A stretch of DNA of 31,147 bases from IMG/VR virus record IMGVR_UViG_2671180864_000006. One strand, written 5' to 3'. The position numbers and the translations under genes are program-made. Each line of letters opens with the position of its first letter. Position 1 is the stretch's first letter. The stretch is from a virus (lineage: Duplodnaviria > Heunggongvirae > Uroviricota > Caudoviricetes). Under the pieces are notes generated by a model. That model worked only from the letters and a program-made list of their open reading frames with translations, did not search any database and was not told the origin of the DNA. Shown piece after piece: positions 1-7,923 of the stretch.

Positions 1-31
1 CTCAAAGTGATCTACTATTCCGCGCAGCTAT

Positions 32-496
32 TTAGATTCGTCTCGCCTGCCAGAAATTTTTCTGCCAATAGACATTATCAAGTGAGGAACGCATCACTCC
101 CTTGCTGGTAGAGGCGTGGATAAATTGGTTGTTGGTATCGTAAATACCTACATGCAAACCATTTTGTCCGGAACCCGTTTTGAAAAAGACCAGGTCACCA
201 GGCAGCAACTCGTCTTTATCAATTTGCGTGCCGATAGAGGCTTGTTCTTTGGTTTCTCGGGGCAGCTGCAAATCGAAACGATCGCGCATCGTTACAACCA
301 CAAATCCCGAACAGTCCACACCGCGCCGCGTCATGCCACCATAACGATACGGCGTGCCATGCCAGCTTTGTAGCTGGTCGTTCAAACCGGCAATAACGGT
401 AATCGAATCAGAAAGTCTGGCATTTGGCGGCGGTGCTTTATGGTGGCTACACCCGGCCAGAAACAGTGCTGTGATCAAAATAAGGCAGAAACGCAT
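32..496 (-). CDS. nlpC: NlpC/P60-family lipoprotein
   Basis: 154-aa ORF with lipoprotein signal and lipobox (LFLAGCSH) and a conserved Cys in the C-terminal domain; sits downstream of btuD as in the E. coli chromosome; AGAGGA RBS upstream of the ATG at 496. Confidence 0.85.
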   Translation of the reverse strand: MRFCLILITALFLAGCSHHKAPPPNARLSDSITVIAGLNDQLQSWHGTPYRYGGMTRRGVDCSGFVVVTMRDRFDLQLPRETKEQASIGTQIDKDELLPGDLVFFKTGSGQNGLHVGIYDTNNQFIHASTSKGVMRSSLDNVYWQKNFWQARRI

Positions 497-573
497 TCCG
501 TACGGTTCCTCTGTTTTTTATTCTTGCATTAATTTAGCGTCGTAATTACCCGATTTTCAAGATACTAATGAAA

Positions 574-1323
574 TCAGATGGTCGAAATCAGCATTCTGTG
601 ACCTTCGATATCCAGACGGCGAAAATTCATCCCATAGGCCTGCGCCAGATTTGGCGGCGTGAGCACCTCTTCTCTGCGTCCACTGGCCAGCATTTTTCCA
701 CCTTTTAGCAACCACGCCCGATGCGCATGACGCAATGTGTGGTTGAGATCGTGACTGCTCATCACAATCGCCAGTCCTTGCTGACACAGAGCGCTCAGAA
801 TTTTGTCTAACGCACTTTGTTGCGCAACATCAAGACTGTTCATCGGCTCATCAAGAAGCAGCAATTGGCCTGCGGGATTGGCTTGTGGTGTGATTTGCAG
901 CACCACCGCAGCAAGACGTACGCGTTGCCATTCACCGCCGGAAAGTTGATTGGTGCTACGTCCGAGTTTGTCATCAAGAGCCAGCGCCCCTGCGACATCA
1001 TTCAGTAGTTCGGTACGCGTTTTATCGTGCTGATGCAGTGTCAGATAGTGCCAGACCGGCATTGCAAACGGCGGCGTCTGCTGTTGTGAAAGATAGGCGC
1101 GATGCAGCGCGAGTTTTGTTGCGGACCATGCTTCCAGTGGTTGCCCCGCGAACTGAATACTTCCCTTACCGCTGGTCATTCCGGCCATTCGTGCCAGTAA
1201 GGTACTCTTACCCGCGCCATTCGGCCCCACCAGGTGCAGGATCTCCCCAGCCCGAACCTCGCCAGAAAGTGGCCCCAGGCGGGTAGATTCCGCAACATCC
1301 TGTAACTGCATCACAATAGACAT
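574..1323 (-). CDS. btuD: Vitamin B12 ABC transporter ATP-binding protein
   Basis: 249-aa ORF with Walker A (GPNGAGKST), ABC signature (LSGGEWQR) and Walker B (LLLLDEP); stop/start overlap with btuE. Confidence 0.92.
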
Positions 1324-1874
1324 TATTTTGCCAACGCCAGTTTAATGCTTTCCATCACAATGGGGTCTTCCGGCGTCATATCCGGGGAAAAACGCTGGAT
1401 GACCAATCCGTCCCTGCCAACTAAAAATTTCTCAAAATTCCATAAAATATCATCAGGGTACAGCGGTGCACGACCTTTGCTGACCATACGGGCATAGAAT
1501 CCGCTCTCTTCCGGCGCGACTGCGGTCGGCGCTGCGGCAATCAATTTTTGATACAGCGGATGGCGTCCTTCGCCGTTAACTTCAATCTTACTGAACATCG
1601 GGAACGTCACCCCCCATGTGGTGGTACAGTAAGTTTTAATCTCTTCATCGCTGCCCGGTTCTTGTTCCAGAAACTGGTTGCACGGGAATCCCAGCACCAC
1701 AAAACCTCGATCGGCCCAGGCTTTCTGAATATTCTCCAACTGCTCATATTGCGGCGTTAAGCCACACTTTGAGGCGACATTGACAATCAACAGCACATTA
1801 CCGGCGTACTTCTCCAGCGTGGTCACTTCACCGTCGATATCTTTCACTACGGTCGTCAGAATGGAATCTTGCAT
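1323..1874 (-). CDS. btuE: Glutathione peroxidase-family protein
   Basis: 183-aa ORF with the GPx active-site region ([15 protein letters not shown]); lies between btuC and btuD. Confidence 0.9.
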
Positions 1875-1936
1875 CGTTTCTCCTGGGTGTGGTCAGTAAA
1901 AATCTTAGCTTTTAATCATAGACCGTCTTTTTGCGG

Positions 1937-2917
1937 CTAACGTCCTGCTTTTAACAATAACCAGATAAACACCGGCGCACCCAACGTTGCGGTGACCACG
2001 CCAATAGGCAGCTCTGCGGCAGCTAATGCCAGGCGCGCTACAATATCGGCCAGCAGCACTGCGCTCGCCCCTGCCAGCGCGCAGCCGGGAAGTAATACGC
2101 GATGATCGGTTAAACCACACAACCGAAGAATATGTGGGATCACCAGACCAATAAAGCCGATAGCACCCGCCAGCGCCACACTGACGCCAACCATCCAGCC
2201 GGTCGCTGCCACCAGCACATTGCGCCAGAACCACAGGGGTAAACCCAGTTGCCGCGCCGAGATCTCGCCAAGTGCTAACATATTCATCGGCCTGGACTGA
2301 CAACAGATCCACAACAACACGGGGATCAATGCCAGCATCAGCCAGCTTTGCCGCCAGTCTACGCCGCCAAAACCGCCCATCATCCAGTACATCAGCTGAC
2401 GTAAATCAACAGAGGTGGAAAAGTAGATAGCCCACGTCATTAGTGCGCTACAGATAATCCCTAATGCAACGCCAGCCAGCAATAACCGACTGGTCGAAAG
2501 ATGACGACGGGCGAAACGTAAGAGTATTAAAGTGATGATAAGCGCGCCAGCAATCGCACACAGCCCTAGCGCCCAGTTGGGGAGTTGCCCTTGCCCAAGC
2601 AATACCGCGGCGATAAGCCCCACGCCTGCGCCGTTAGAGACGCCAAGTAGTCCAGGTTCTGCCAGAGGATTTTCAAACAACGCCTGCATTACAGCGCCGG
2701 ATATAGCCAGCGCCGCACCAACCAGCAATACAGCCAGCGTACGTGGCAGGCGAATTTGCCAGACGAACAGTTCGCCACGAGGAGTAAACCAGTCACCTGG
2801 CGAAATCCATTGTTCACCGGCGCAAAGGCTTAAGAGAAGCGCCAGCAGCATCAAAACTGACAGGCATAATAACCAGCGAATATTTTGTCGCTGTTGTTGG
2901 CGGGCAAGTGTCAGCAT
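1937..2917 (-). CDS. btuC: Vitamin B12 ABC transporter permease
   Basis: 326-aa polytopic hydrophobic ORF of the FecCD/BtuC permease type; first gene of the btuCED order. Confidence 0.9.
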   Translation of the reverse strand: MLTLARQQQRQNIRWLLCLSVLMLLALLLSLCAGEQWISPGDWFTPRGELFVWQIRLPRTLAVLLVGAALAISGAVMQALFENPLAEPGLLGVSNGAGVGLIAAVLLGQGQLPNWALGLCAIAGALIITLILLRFARRHLSTSRLLLAGVALGIICSALMTWAIYFSTSVDLRQLMYWMMGGFGGVDWRQSWLMLALIPVLLWICCQSRPMNMLALGEISARQLGLPLWFWRNVLVAATGWMVGVSVALAGAIGFIGLVIPHILRLCGLTDHRVLLPGCALAGASAVLLADIVARLALAAAELPIGVVTATLGAPVFIWLLLKAGR

Positions 2918-2974
2918 GGTATCCGTTCTGCTGAAGTGTCATGGCGTTGATTTTACGGTGACTCTTCGACAGTG

Positions 2975-3000
2975 AAAAGAAAAAAGGCCGCAGAGCGGCC
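2975..3000 (-). terminator. Rho-independent terminator for the leftward int-cargo transcript
   Basis: Perfect GC hairpin GGCCGC-AGA-GCGGCC (2986-3000) preceded on the plus strand by an A-run (2975-2985), which is a U-tract after the hairpin on the minus strand; lies about 110 bp downstream of the 3110-3664 ORF and just upstream of btuC. Confidence 0.55.
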
Positions 3001-3109
3001 ATAAACACAAACAAAAATCAATAAGTTAGGTAATTATCAAAGACTTACAGACACACAAAAACACAGCCAACCACAACAAATAACAGAGATGTGGTCAATT
3101 TGTGGATCA

Positions 3110-3664
3110 TCAGCCAACAAATTTAGCAACAAATACAGCAACCGCCGCTGTGAAAATGGTTGTGCACACTGGCACAATAATGCCACTCCAACGCCACTTC
3201 GTATTATCATCAACCTTGTCAAACCGCCGATTCATCTCATCCATAATCTTGTCAAAGCGTTTATCCATCGCTTCGGTAAGCTCACCCTTCAGGCTGTTAA
3301 TGTCTGATTTGAGCTGCTCTTTCAGGTTAGCTGTATCAGATTTAAGCTCACCTTTCAGATTCGCAATATCGCATTCAAGATCACCTTTCAGATGTGCTAT
3401 GTCTGCTTTGAGTTCACCTTTCACCTCACCAACATCGGCTTTAGTTGAGAGGTTTGTAGTGCGTTCAGCAAGCGTCGCAAGGTCGTTTCTTGTTAGCGAT
3501 AAATCACCTTCGAGCCGCTCAATTCGCCTTTCAAGTTTATCTGACATTCCGCCTCCACTACTGCCGCCATCGCCACCATGATAAAGCACATCACGCTCAG
3601 AATGCGACACACTACCTGCTGAATTACCGAAAAGATTTCTTGCTACATTACCCATTATCACCAT
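3110..3664 (-). CDS. Coiled-coil protein with C-terminal transmembrane anchor (XhlA-like architecture), prophage cargo
   Basis: 184-aa ORF: Gly/Ser-rich N-terminus, five tandem 11-residue repeats (e.g. KADIAHLKGDL, ECDIANLKGEL), then a hydrophobic C-terminal helix (IIVPVCTTIFTAAVAVFVAKFV). AT-rich. Overlaps the upstream ORF by 17 nt. Start could be 3664 or 3655. Confidence 0.6.
   Translation of the reverse strand: MVIMGNVARNLFGNSAGSVSHSERDVLYHGGDGGSSGGGMSDKLERRIERLEGDLSLTRNDLATLAERTTNLSTKADVGEVKGELKADIAHLKGDLECDIANLKGELKSDTANLKEQLKSDINSLKGELTEAMDKRFDKIMDEMNRRFDKVDDNTKWRWSGIIVPVCTTIFTAAVAVFVAKFVG
3280..3444. repeat. Five tandem imperfect 33-bp repeats inside the 3110-3664 ORF
   Basis: Units recur with 33-bp period (plus-strand motif CACCTTTCAG...GATTT); they encode the 11-aa coiled-coil repeats. 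Confidence 0.75.
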
Positions 3665-4148
3665 CCTGCGCTTTGTCTTTCTCCAACCACTTCAGCACCG
3701 CAGACGTACGATAAAGGCTCAGGTAACCACAATTCAGGCAATGCAGCGTGTAATAAGTTTTGCGCATATCAGGTATGCTCTTAACATCACCCAAAAAAGC
3801 ATAAGATACATAATGCTTTATGTTCTCTTTAATTAACTCACTCTGTTCCTCCAGGGGTAGATTGTTAAAATTTTCTGGTTTCTTATTTTTATCCCAGCAA
3901 AGATCCATACTTTCTGGAACAGATAATCGCGACGATCCACATGAAGGGCAGACACTGGAGACCCCCTTCTCAGACAAGAAACGGAAGAAGATTTCTGGCG
4001 TAATCTCCATCAGCCGCTCTTTATGTTTTTTGACACGACTCATCGACTTCTTATTGATTTCATCAGCTTCTTCTTTGCATTTATCTTCTATATATTTCGA
4101 TAGTAAATAGTCATATAACTCTTTTTTTGTAGGTTTTTTTATTTCCAT
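3648..4148 (-). CDS. Hypothetical zinc-ribbon protein, prophage cargo
   Basis: 166-aa ORF with a basic Lys-rich N-terminus and two Cys pairs (CPSCG ... CLNCG); very AT-rich; its ATG (4148) lies within a few bases of the int stop, suggesting translational coupling. Confidence 0.6.
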   Translation of the reverse strand: MEIKKPTKKELYDYLLSKYIEDKCKEEADEINKKSMSRVKKHKERLMEITPEIFFRFLSEKGVSSVCPSCGSSRLSVPESMDLCWDKNKKPENFNNLPLEEQSELIKENIKHYVSYAFLGDVKSIPDMRKTYYTLHCLNCGYLSLYRTSAVLKWLEKDKAQDGDNG

Positions 4149-4150
4149 AG

Positions 4151-5128
4151 TTACATTCCTCCCAAGGGATTAAACCTCACCGCATCCTGCAAGTAATCCG
4201 GCGCAAGATGGGCATAAATCATCGTTGTCTGAATCTTTGCGTGCCCCAGAATTTTCTGGAGCGTCAGAATATTGCCGCCGTTCATCATGAAATGACTGGC
4301 GAAGGTGTGGCGCAGCGCATGAACAGCCTGGCCGTCAGGAACATCAGGTGCGACCGTTTTGATGACATCGCGAACCAATGAATAATCCAGCGTCGGAAAC
4401 ACCAGTTTCCCGCCCCGTTTTTTGATCTTTTCAAACAGGCTTTCAGAAATAGGAACGGTACGGTTTTTGCTGTTCTTCGTTTTTGAAAAAGTGATTCGAC
4501 AATGAAGAACACGGCGCTGCTCCAGTGCCGCTACCTCGCCCCATCGCGCCCCGGTCGACAGAAGGATTTCGACGGCCAGCCGTTCATCGGGATTTTCAGC
4601 CAGTGCATCCAGCAACTGAACACATTCAGACTTACTCAGATATCCCATTTCACGCTCGTTAACCTTCATTCCTTTAAGGCCTTGAACGGGGTTATCGTTA
4701 AGAAAATGGCCGGATGAGATGAGTGCGGTAAACATCGCGCTTAACGCCCCAATCTCTCGATTTATGGTGCTGGGCTGTATCCCCTGCTCTATCCTGGACA
4801 CACGTAGCTCGGTGAGCATCGTTGTATTAAGTTTATGCACGCACGGGTCATCCATTGCCTCACTCAAGCGCAGCAATTTAAGGCGCGTGTTATGCCCTGA
4901 CTTCATTAGCTGGCCGTGGTATTTCCACCACAAGTCAATAAGCACTGACAGCGGACGGCGATCAATGGAGTTTCCTTTCCACTCATTGTTATGCTGTTGC
5001 GCCAGCACCCACCGCTCATATAAAACTGCATCCGATTTCGTTTTAAATTTTTTGCGAATGCGTTTGCCTTTACGCCCCTCAGGACGCATGTCAAGAAGAT
5101 ACCCTCCCGGAATTGATTTTATGCTCAT
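4151..5128 (-). CDS. int: P2-type tyrosine integrase
   Basis: Strong similarity to P2 Int as recalled, from MSIKS... onward; catalytic motifs ARWGE, HALRHTFAS and the C-terminal catalytic Tyr region (LGHAKIQTTMIYAHL). The ORF track's 50-aa N-terminal extension (to 5278) is judged spurious. Confidence 0.92.
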   Translation of the reverse strand: MSIKSIPGGYLLDMRPEGRKGKRIRKKFKTKSDAVLYERWVLAQQHNNEWKGNSIDRRPLSVLIDLWWKYHGQLMKSGHNTRLKLLRLSEAMDDPCVHKLNTTMLTELRVSRIEQGIQPSTINREIGALSAMFTALISSGHFLNDNPVQGLKGMKVNEREMGYLSKSECVQLLDALAENPDERLAVEILLSTGARWGEVAALEQRRVLHCRITFSKTKNSKNRTVPISESLFEKIKKRGGKLVFPTLDYSLVRDVIKTVAPDVPDGQAVHALRHTFASHFMMNGGNILTLQKILGHAKIQTTMIYAHLAPDYLQDAVRFNPLGGM

Positions 5129-5177
5129 TCGTGAAGCCCCAGCGTTACAAGACCACCATGCCCCCAGCGTTCCATGA

Positions 5178-5489
5178 TTAGCCGGGCTGTGTGCCAGTCT
5201 TGCGGGATTTTTGAGAAGACGATGTGTTTTCTGGCCCATCAGGGGAGAGAGAAGGACTGATCTGCCCAGCAGCCTCATTTGTTTCGTTACTCATCAACCA
5301 CGTAGTGTATTTTTTAAATTCCGGGTGCATTGTGATTTTCAGTAAAACCTCCGTTCCCACACCTCGAATACCAGTCTCGTATTGCTTAACCGTACCAACC
5401 GCAATACCTATTGAATCCGCGAACTTTGCCTGACTAAGCCCCTCAGATTCTCGAATTGCTTTTAGCTTCTTTGATATCTCTATTGACAT
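5178..5489 (-). CDS. Immunity repressor, P2 C-like (HTH)
   Basis: 104 aa from MSIEISKK; HTH region (LSQAKFADSIGIAVGTVKQYETG) and overall layout resemble P2 C; sits immediately upstream of int on the same strand, as in P2. Confidence 0.75.
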   Translation of the reverse strand: MSIEISKKLKAIRESEGLSQAKFADSIGIAVGTVKQYETGIRGVGTEVLLKITMHPEFKKYTTWLMSNETNEAAGQISPSLSPDGPENTSSSQKSRKTGTQPG

Positions 5490-5580
5490 GGTGTGCACCT
5501 GAATACTATATTGGTTATCAGTTGAGTACCACTTGACGCTACAAAGAGCCACAAATAGCACCAGATTGAATAGGTTATCA
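5484..5580 (+). promoter_or_regulatory. Lysis-lysogeny switch region: candidate early promoter with operator-like direct repeats
   Basis: TTGACA (5484-5489), 17-bp spacer, TATATT (5507-5512) on the plus strand, overlapping the repressor start codon. Direct repeat GGTTATCA at 5513-5520 and 5573-5580 flanks the predicted start site. Confidence 0.45.
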
Positions 5581-5584
5581 CACC

Positions 5585-5863
5585 ATGGCAAAAGTCCTTA
5601 ACACATACGAACAAGCGGATTTTGAGCGTTTGGCGGCGTTCTACCCATACCGTAATGAACATGGGCTACCGGTACTTGAAGAAAGCCTAGAGGATTATGC
5701 GAAACGCACAAATCAAAGCATTCTCGCTGTAAGAAGGCAGGCTGATAGATCGGTAATTCCCGTTACTCAAGAAGGAAGAAACACAAAACGCAAAGTAAAT
5801 CTCTTCGCAATTTTCCTGAAAACCATCAGAAACGCAGAGAAATACGTGCAGATGACAAAATAA
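5585..5863 (+). CDS. Cox-position early regulator/excisionase-like protein
   Basis: 92-aa ORF divergent from the repressor, in the position of P2 cox; assigned by position and size only, sequence similarity to P2 Cox is not evident by eye. Confidence 0.45.
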   Translation: MAKVLNTYEQADFERLAAFYPYRNEHGLPVLEESLEDYAKRTNQSILAVRRQADRSVIPVTQEGRNTKRKVNLFAIFLKTIRNAEKYVQMTK

Positions 5864-5877
5864 CGAGGTGTCATTTT

Positions 5878-6216
5878 ATGCTGAAGCAACGCCGTAATTT
5901 TTGTACCGGAACAGAACGCCACGCTAACCGTTTCACTACCAGTGCATCACGCAGCAACATCCGCTACAGCCTGAGTGATACACACGCAACGCCGGATGGC
6001 TACCCAGTAAAACAAATCGGCGAGCACGCCTGGCTGATTGAGAAAGCTGGAATCGTGATCCACAAATGCCCACGCAATCCGTTTACCGGAAACCGCATTT
6101 TTGCACTGAGCTGTGGCGACAATCAGTTCGGGCAGGATTTCACATTATACGAAGCACTTCGCACGGTTGATCGTCTGCTTCGCGGGCAAAGTTTTATTAA
6201 ACAGGCTGATTTATAA
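5878..6216 (+). CDS. Hypothetical phage early protein
   Basis: 112-aa ORF with GAGG RBS about 10 nt upstream; in the early operon between cox and A. Confidence 0.5.
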   Translation: MLKQRRNFCTGTERHANRFTTSASRSNIRYSLSDTHATPDGYPVKQIGEHAWLIEKAGIVIHKCPRNPFTGNRIFALSCGDNQFGQDFTLYEALRTVDRLLRGQSFIKQADL

Positions 6217-6226
6217 CAGGTGCTTT

Positions 6227-6514
6227 ATGACCAAAGACAATGCACAAGGTGTATTTATCCGTTTTATTGATTTTCGCGGTGAACTGTTATTACGTGCATC
6301 CGCTATTGACGGAGTGACTCCGGCGGGTAAAAACGGAGCCGACGAAGCCACTTACGTTTATCTGAACGGCACGCGACTGCTTGTGGAACTTCCGTACCAG
6401 ACCGTACGAGAAATCATCAGCGAAGATGAAAAGGCACGCCAGGTTAATGGCGATGAACCCTATATCGAAATTATTTGTATGGATTCAGAAGCTGAAATAC
6501 AGAAAGCAGATTAA
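6227..6514 (+). CDS. Hypothetical phage early protein
   Basis: 95 aa taking the internal ATG at 6227; the ORF track's longer form (from 6113) overlaps the previous gene. Confidence 0.45.
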   Translation: MTKDNAQGVFIRFIDFRGELLLRASAIDGVTPAGKNGADEATYVYLNGTRLLVELPYQTVREIISEDEKARQVNGDEPYIEIICMDSEAEIQKAD

Positions 6515-6522
6515 AGGGCGTT

Positions 6523-6768
6523 GTGATGGGCAAAGAATATAAAACTCTCATTAACAAAGCACTTGAGCGTTTTTATTTTCGCTTAAGTGCATCAGGCGCT
6601 CATGCTGAACGTGCGGCCCGTGACTCATTGACCAGAGCAATCCGAAGTCTGTATGACGTGGCTTTTTACGCTGATGATCTGGATGCACTTAACGAACTTT
6701 CCGAGCTGATCTGTGCCGCAGAATGCGGGGAACATATTGAACCGTATAAGCTGGGAAATATCGCATGA
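6523..6768 (+). CDS. Hypothetical phage early protein
   Basis: 81-aa ORF, tightly packed in the early operon. Confidence 0.5.
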   Translation: MMGKEYKTLINKALERFYFRLSASGAHAERAARDSLTRAIRSLYDVAFYADDLDALNELSELICAAECGEHIEPYKLGNIA

Positions 6769-6878
6769 GTATATTTATTTCATGGCTTGTTCTGATTATT
6801 TCGGTGGTCTGCGCCATTGGGATTATGCGAATTATTAATTCAGTAAAAAAGATTGAACGCTTTTTCACTGAAGAATAA
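6765..6878 (+). CDS. Small hydrophobic protein (37 aa), not in the ORF track
   Basis: ATG at 6765 overlaps the preceding stop (ATGA); encodes MSIFISWLVLIISVVCAIGIMRIINSVKKIERFFTEE, one predicted TM helix. Confidence 0.4.
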   Translation: MSIFISWLVLIISVVCAIGIMRIINSVKKIERFFTEE

Positions 6879-6964
6879 CCGCGCAAATAAGACCCTAGGT
6901 TAAATAAGAAAATGTGAAAACAATCCGCATTCGCGGAGGTATTCGCACACGCCAAGGAGGCGTA

Positions 6965-7168
6965 ATGGCAATTAAGCATTTTCCTGTCGTTCGTTTCACC
7001 TCCAGAGGACGTGAATACGAAGTTGACGAACGCCTGATTACCACAATCGACAAACACCGTTCAGAAAAGGATGCACATCATATCTATCTCACTGACGGCA
7101 CTTACTTCTGCGCCACCAACGTGGTGCAGGTGAATCTTATCAGACAGGTACAGGAGTCACGCAGATGA
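6965..7168 (+). CDS. Hypothetical phage early protein
   Basis: 67 aa from the ATG at 6965, which follows a strong RBS (AAGGAGG 6953-6959); the track's longer form starts at 6914. Confidence 0.5.
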   Translation: MAIKHFPVVRFTSRGREYEVDERLITTIDKHRSEKDAHHIYLTDGTYFCATNVVQVNLIRQVQESRR

Positions 7169-7410
7169 CCATTCTGGACTACATCGCTGCCAATCCGGGT
7201 TGTAGCAGTGGAGAAATCGCCGCAGCACTGAATACACCAACCACAACCATTAATGCGGAGCTACGCCGTCTCTGGCGCAGCGGTTTAGTCACAAGAAAAG
7301 AGCGCAAAACAGGCGGTCGCTTTTCTTATCAGGTAAACCTGATGCCGTTTGGGTGTAGCAACCCACTAACCCAGATGTTCAACCAGCTACTGAGGGAAAT
7401 CAGAGCATGA
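7165..7410 (+). CDS. Putative winged-helix DNA-binding protein
   Basis: 81-aa ORF; start overlaps the upstream stop; helix-turn-helix-like segment (SSGEIAAALNTPTTTINAELRRLWRSGLV). Confidence 0.5.
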   Translation: MTILDYIAANPGCSSGEIAAALNTPTTTINAELRRLWRSGLVTRKERKTGGRFSYQVNLMPFGCSNPLTQMFNQLLREIRA

Positions 7411-7551
7411 GCACCTCCAACTGCCGGAAACCACGTCGGGCTTCAGCAGCTCATCCGGCAGCAAAACAAACTCCATTAATTCCTGTTCCGGGCCTTTCCT
7501 GCACCTTGCGGCGGGAGGCCTTCGCACATCTGTAACAAGAGGATTGCCGCA

Positions 7552-7917
7552 ATGATTCTCGCCAACGACTTTCTTGAATACCTGCTCAACACAGAGCGTG
7601 ATCTTGCCGCTCGCGTGCGTGATCGTTATGACATGTACCTGAAATCCCTGCCTGTACCGCAGCTCGCTGACGGAAAGATTGTTATTGATGGTCGCTACAT
7701 GATTGACAGCCACGAGGGAAATTACAGGCTTTACCGCATTGAAGGTGGCACCCCGTCCGTTATTGGCATTTACCAGCGCCCATCCTCTGCAATCGTCGAT
7801 GTGATTGCCGACAGCATCCGCATCACACATCGCCATGCCGACACAGAAGACACCGTGCTGGAAATTCAGCGGCTGGCTACAGTCTGCCGCGACACCCTGA
7901 ATGGCATGACGAAGTAA
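7552..7917 (+). CDS. Hypothetical phage early protein
   Basis: 121-aa ORF immediately upstream of gene A. Confidence 0.5.
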   Translation: MILANDFLEYLLNTERDLAARVRDRYDMYLKSLPVPQLADGKIVIDGRYMIDSHEGNYRLYRIEGGTPSVIGIYQRPSSAIVDVIADSIRITHRHADTEDTVLEIQRLATVCRDTLNGMTK

Positions 7918-7923
7918 ATCACT

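Noticed and set aside
116-545. Plus-strand ORFs (85 and 63 aa) opposite nlpC
   Set aside because: Antisense to a gene with clear lipoprotein and catalytic features.
2532-2975. 147-aa plus-strand ORF overlapping the btuC 5' end
   Set aside because: Antisense to btuC; Ser/Pro/Ala-rich low-complexity translation.
5129-5278. 50-aa N-terminal extension of the integrase ORF
   Set aside because: The P2 Int-like sequence begins at MSIKS (5128); the upstream stretch has no counterpart in P2 Int and would run into the repressor gene's 3' region.
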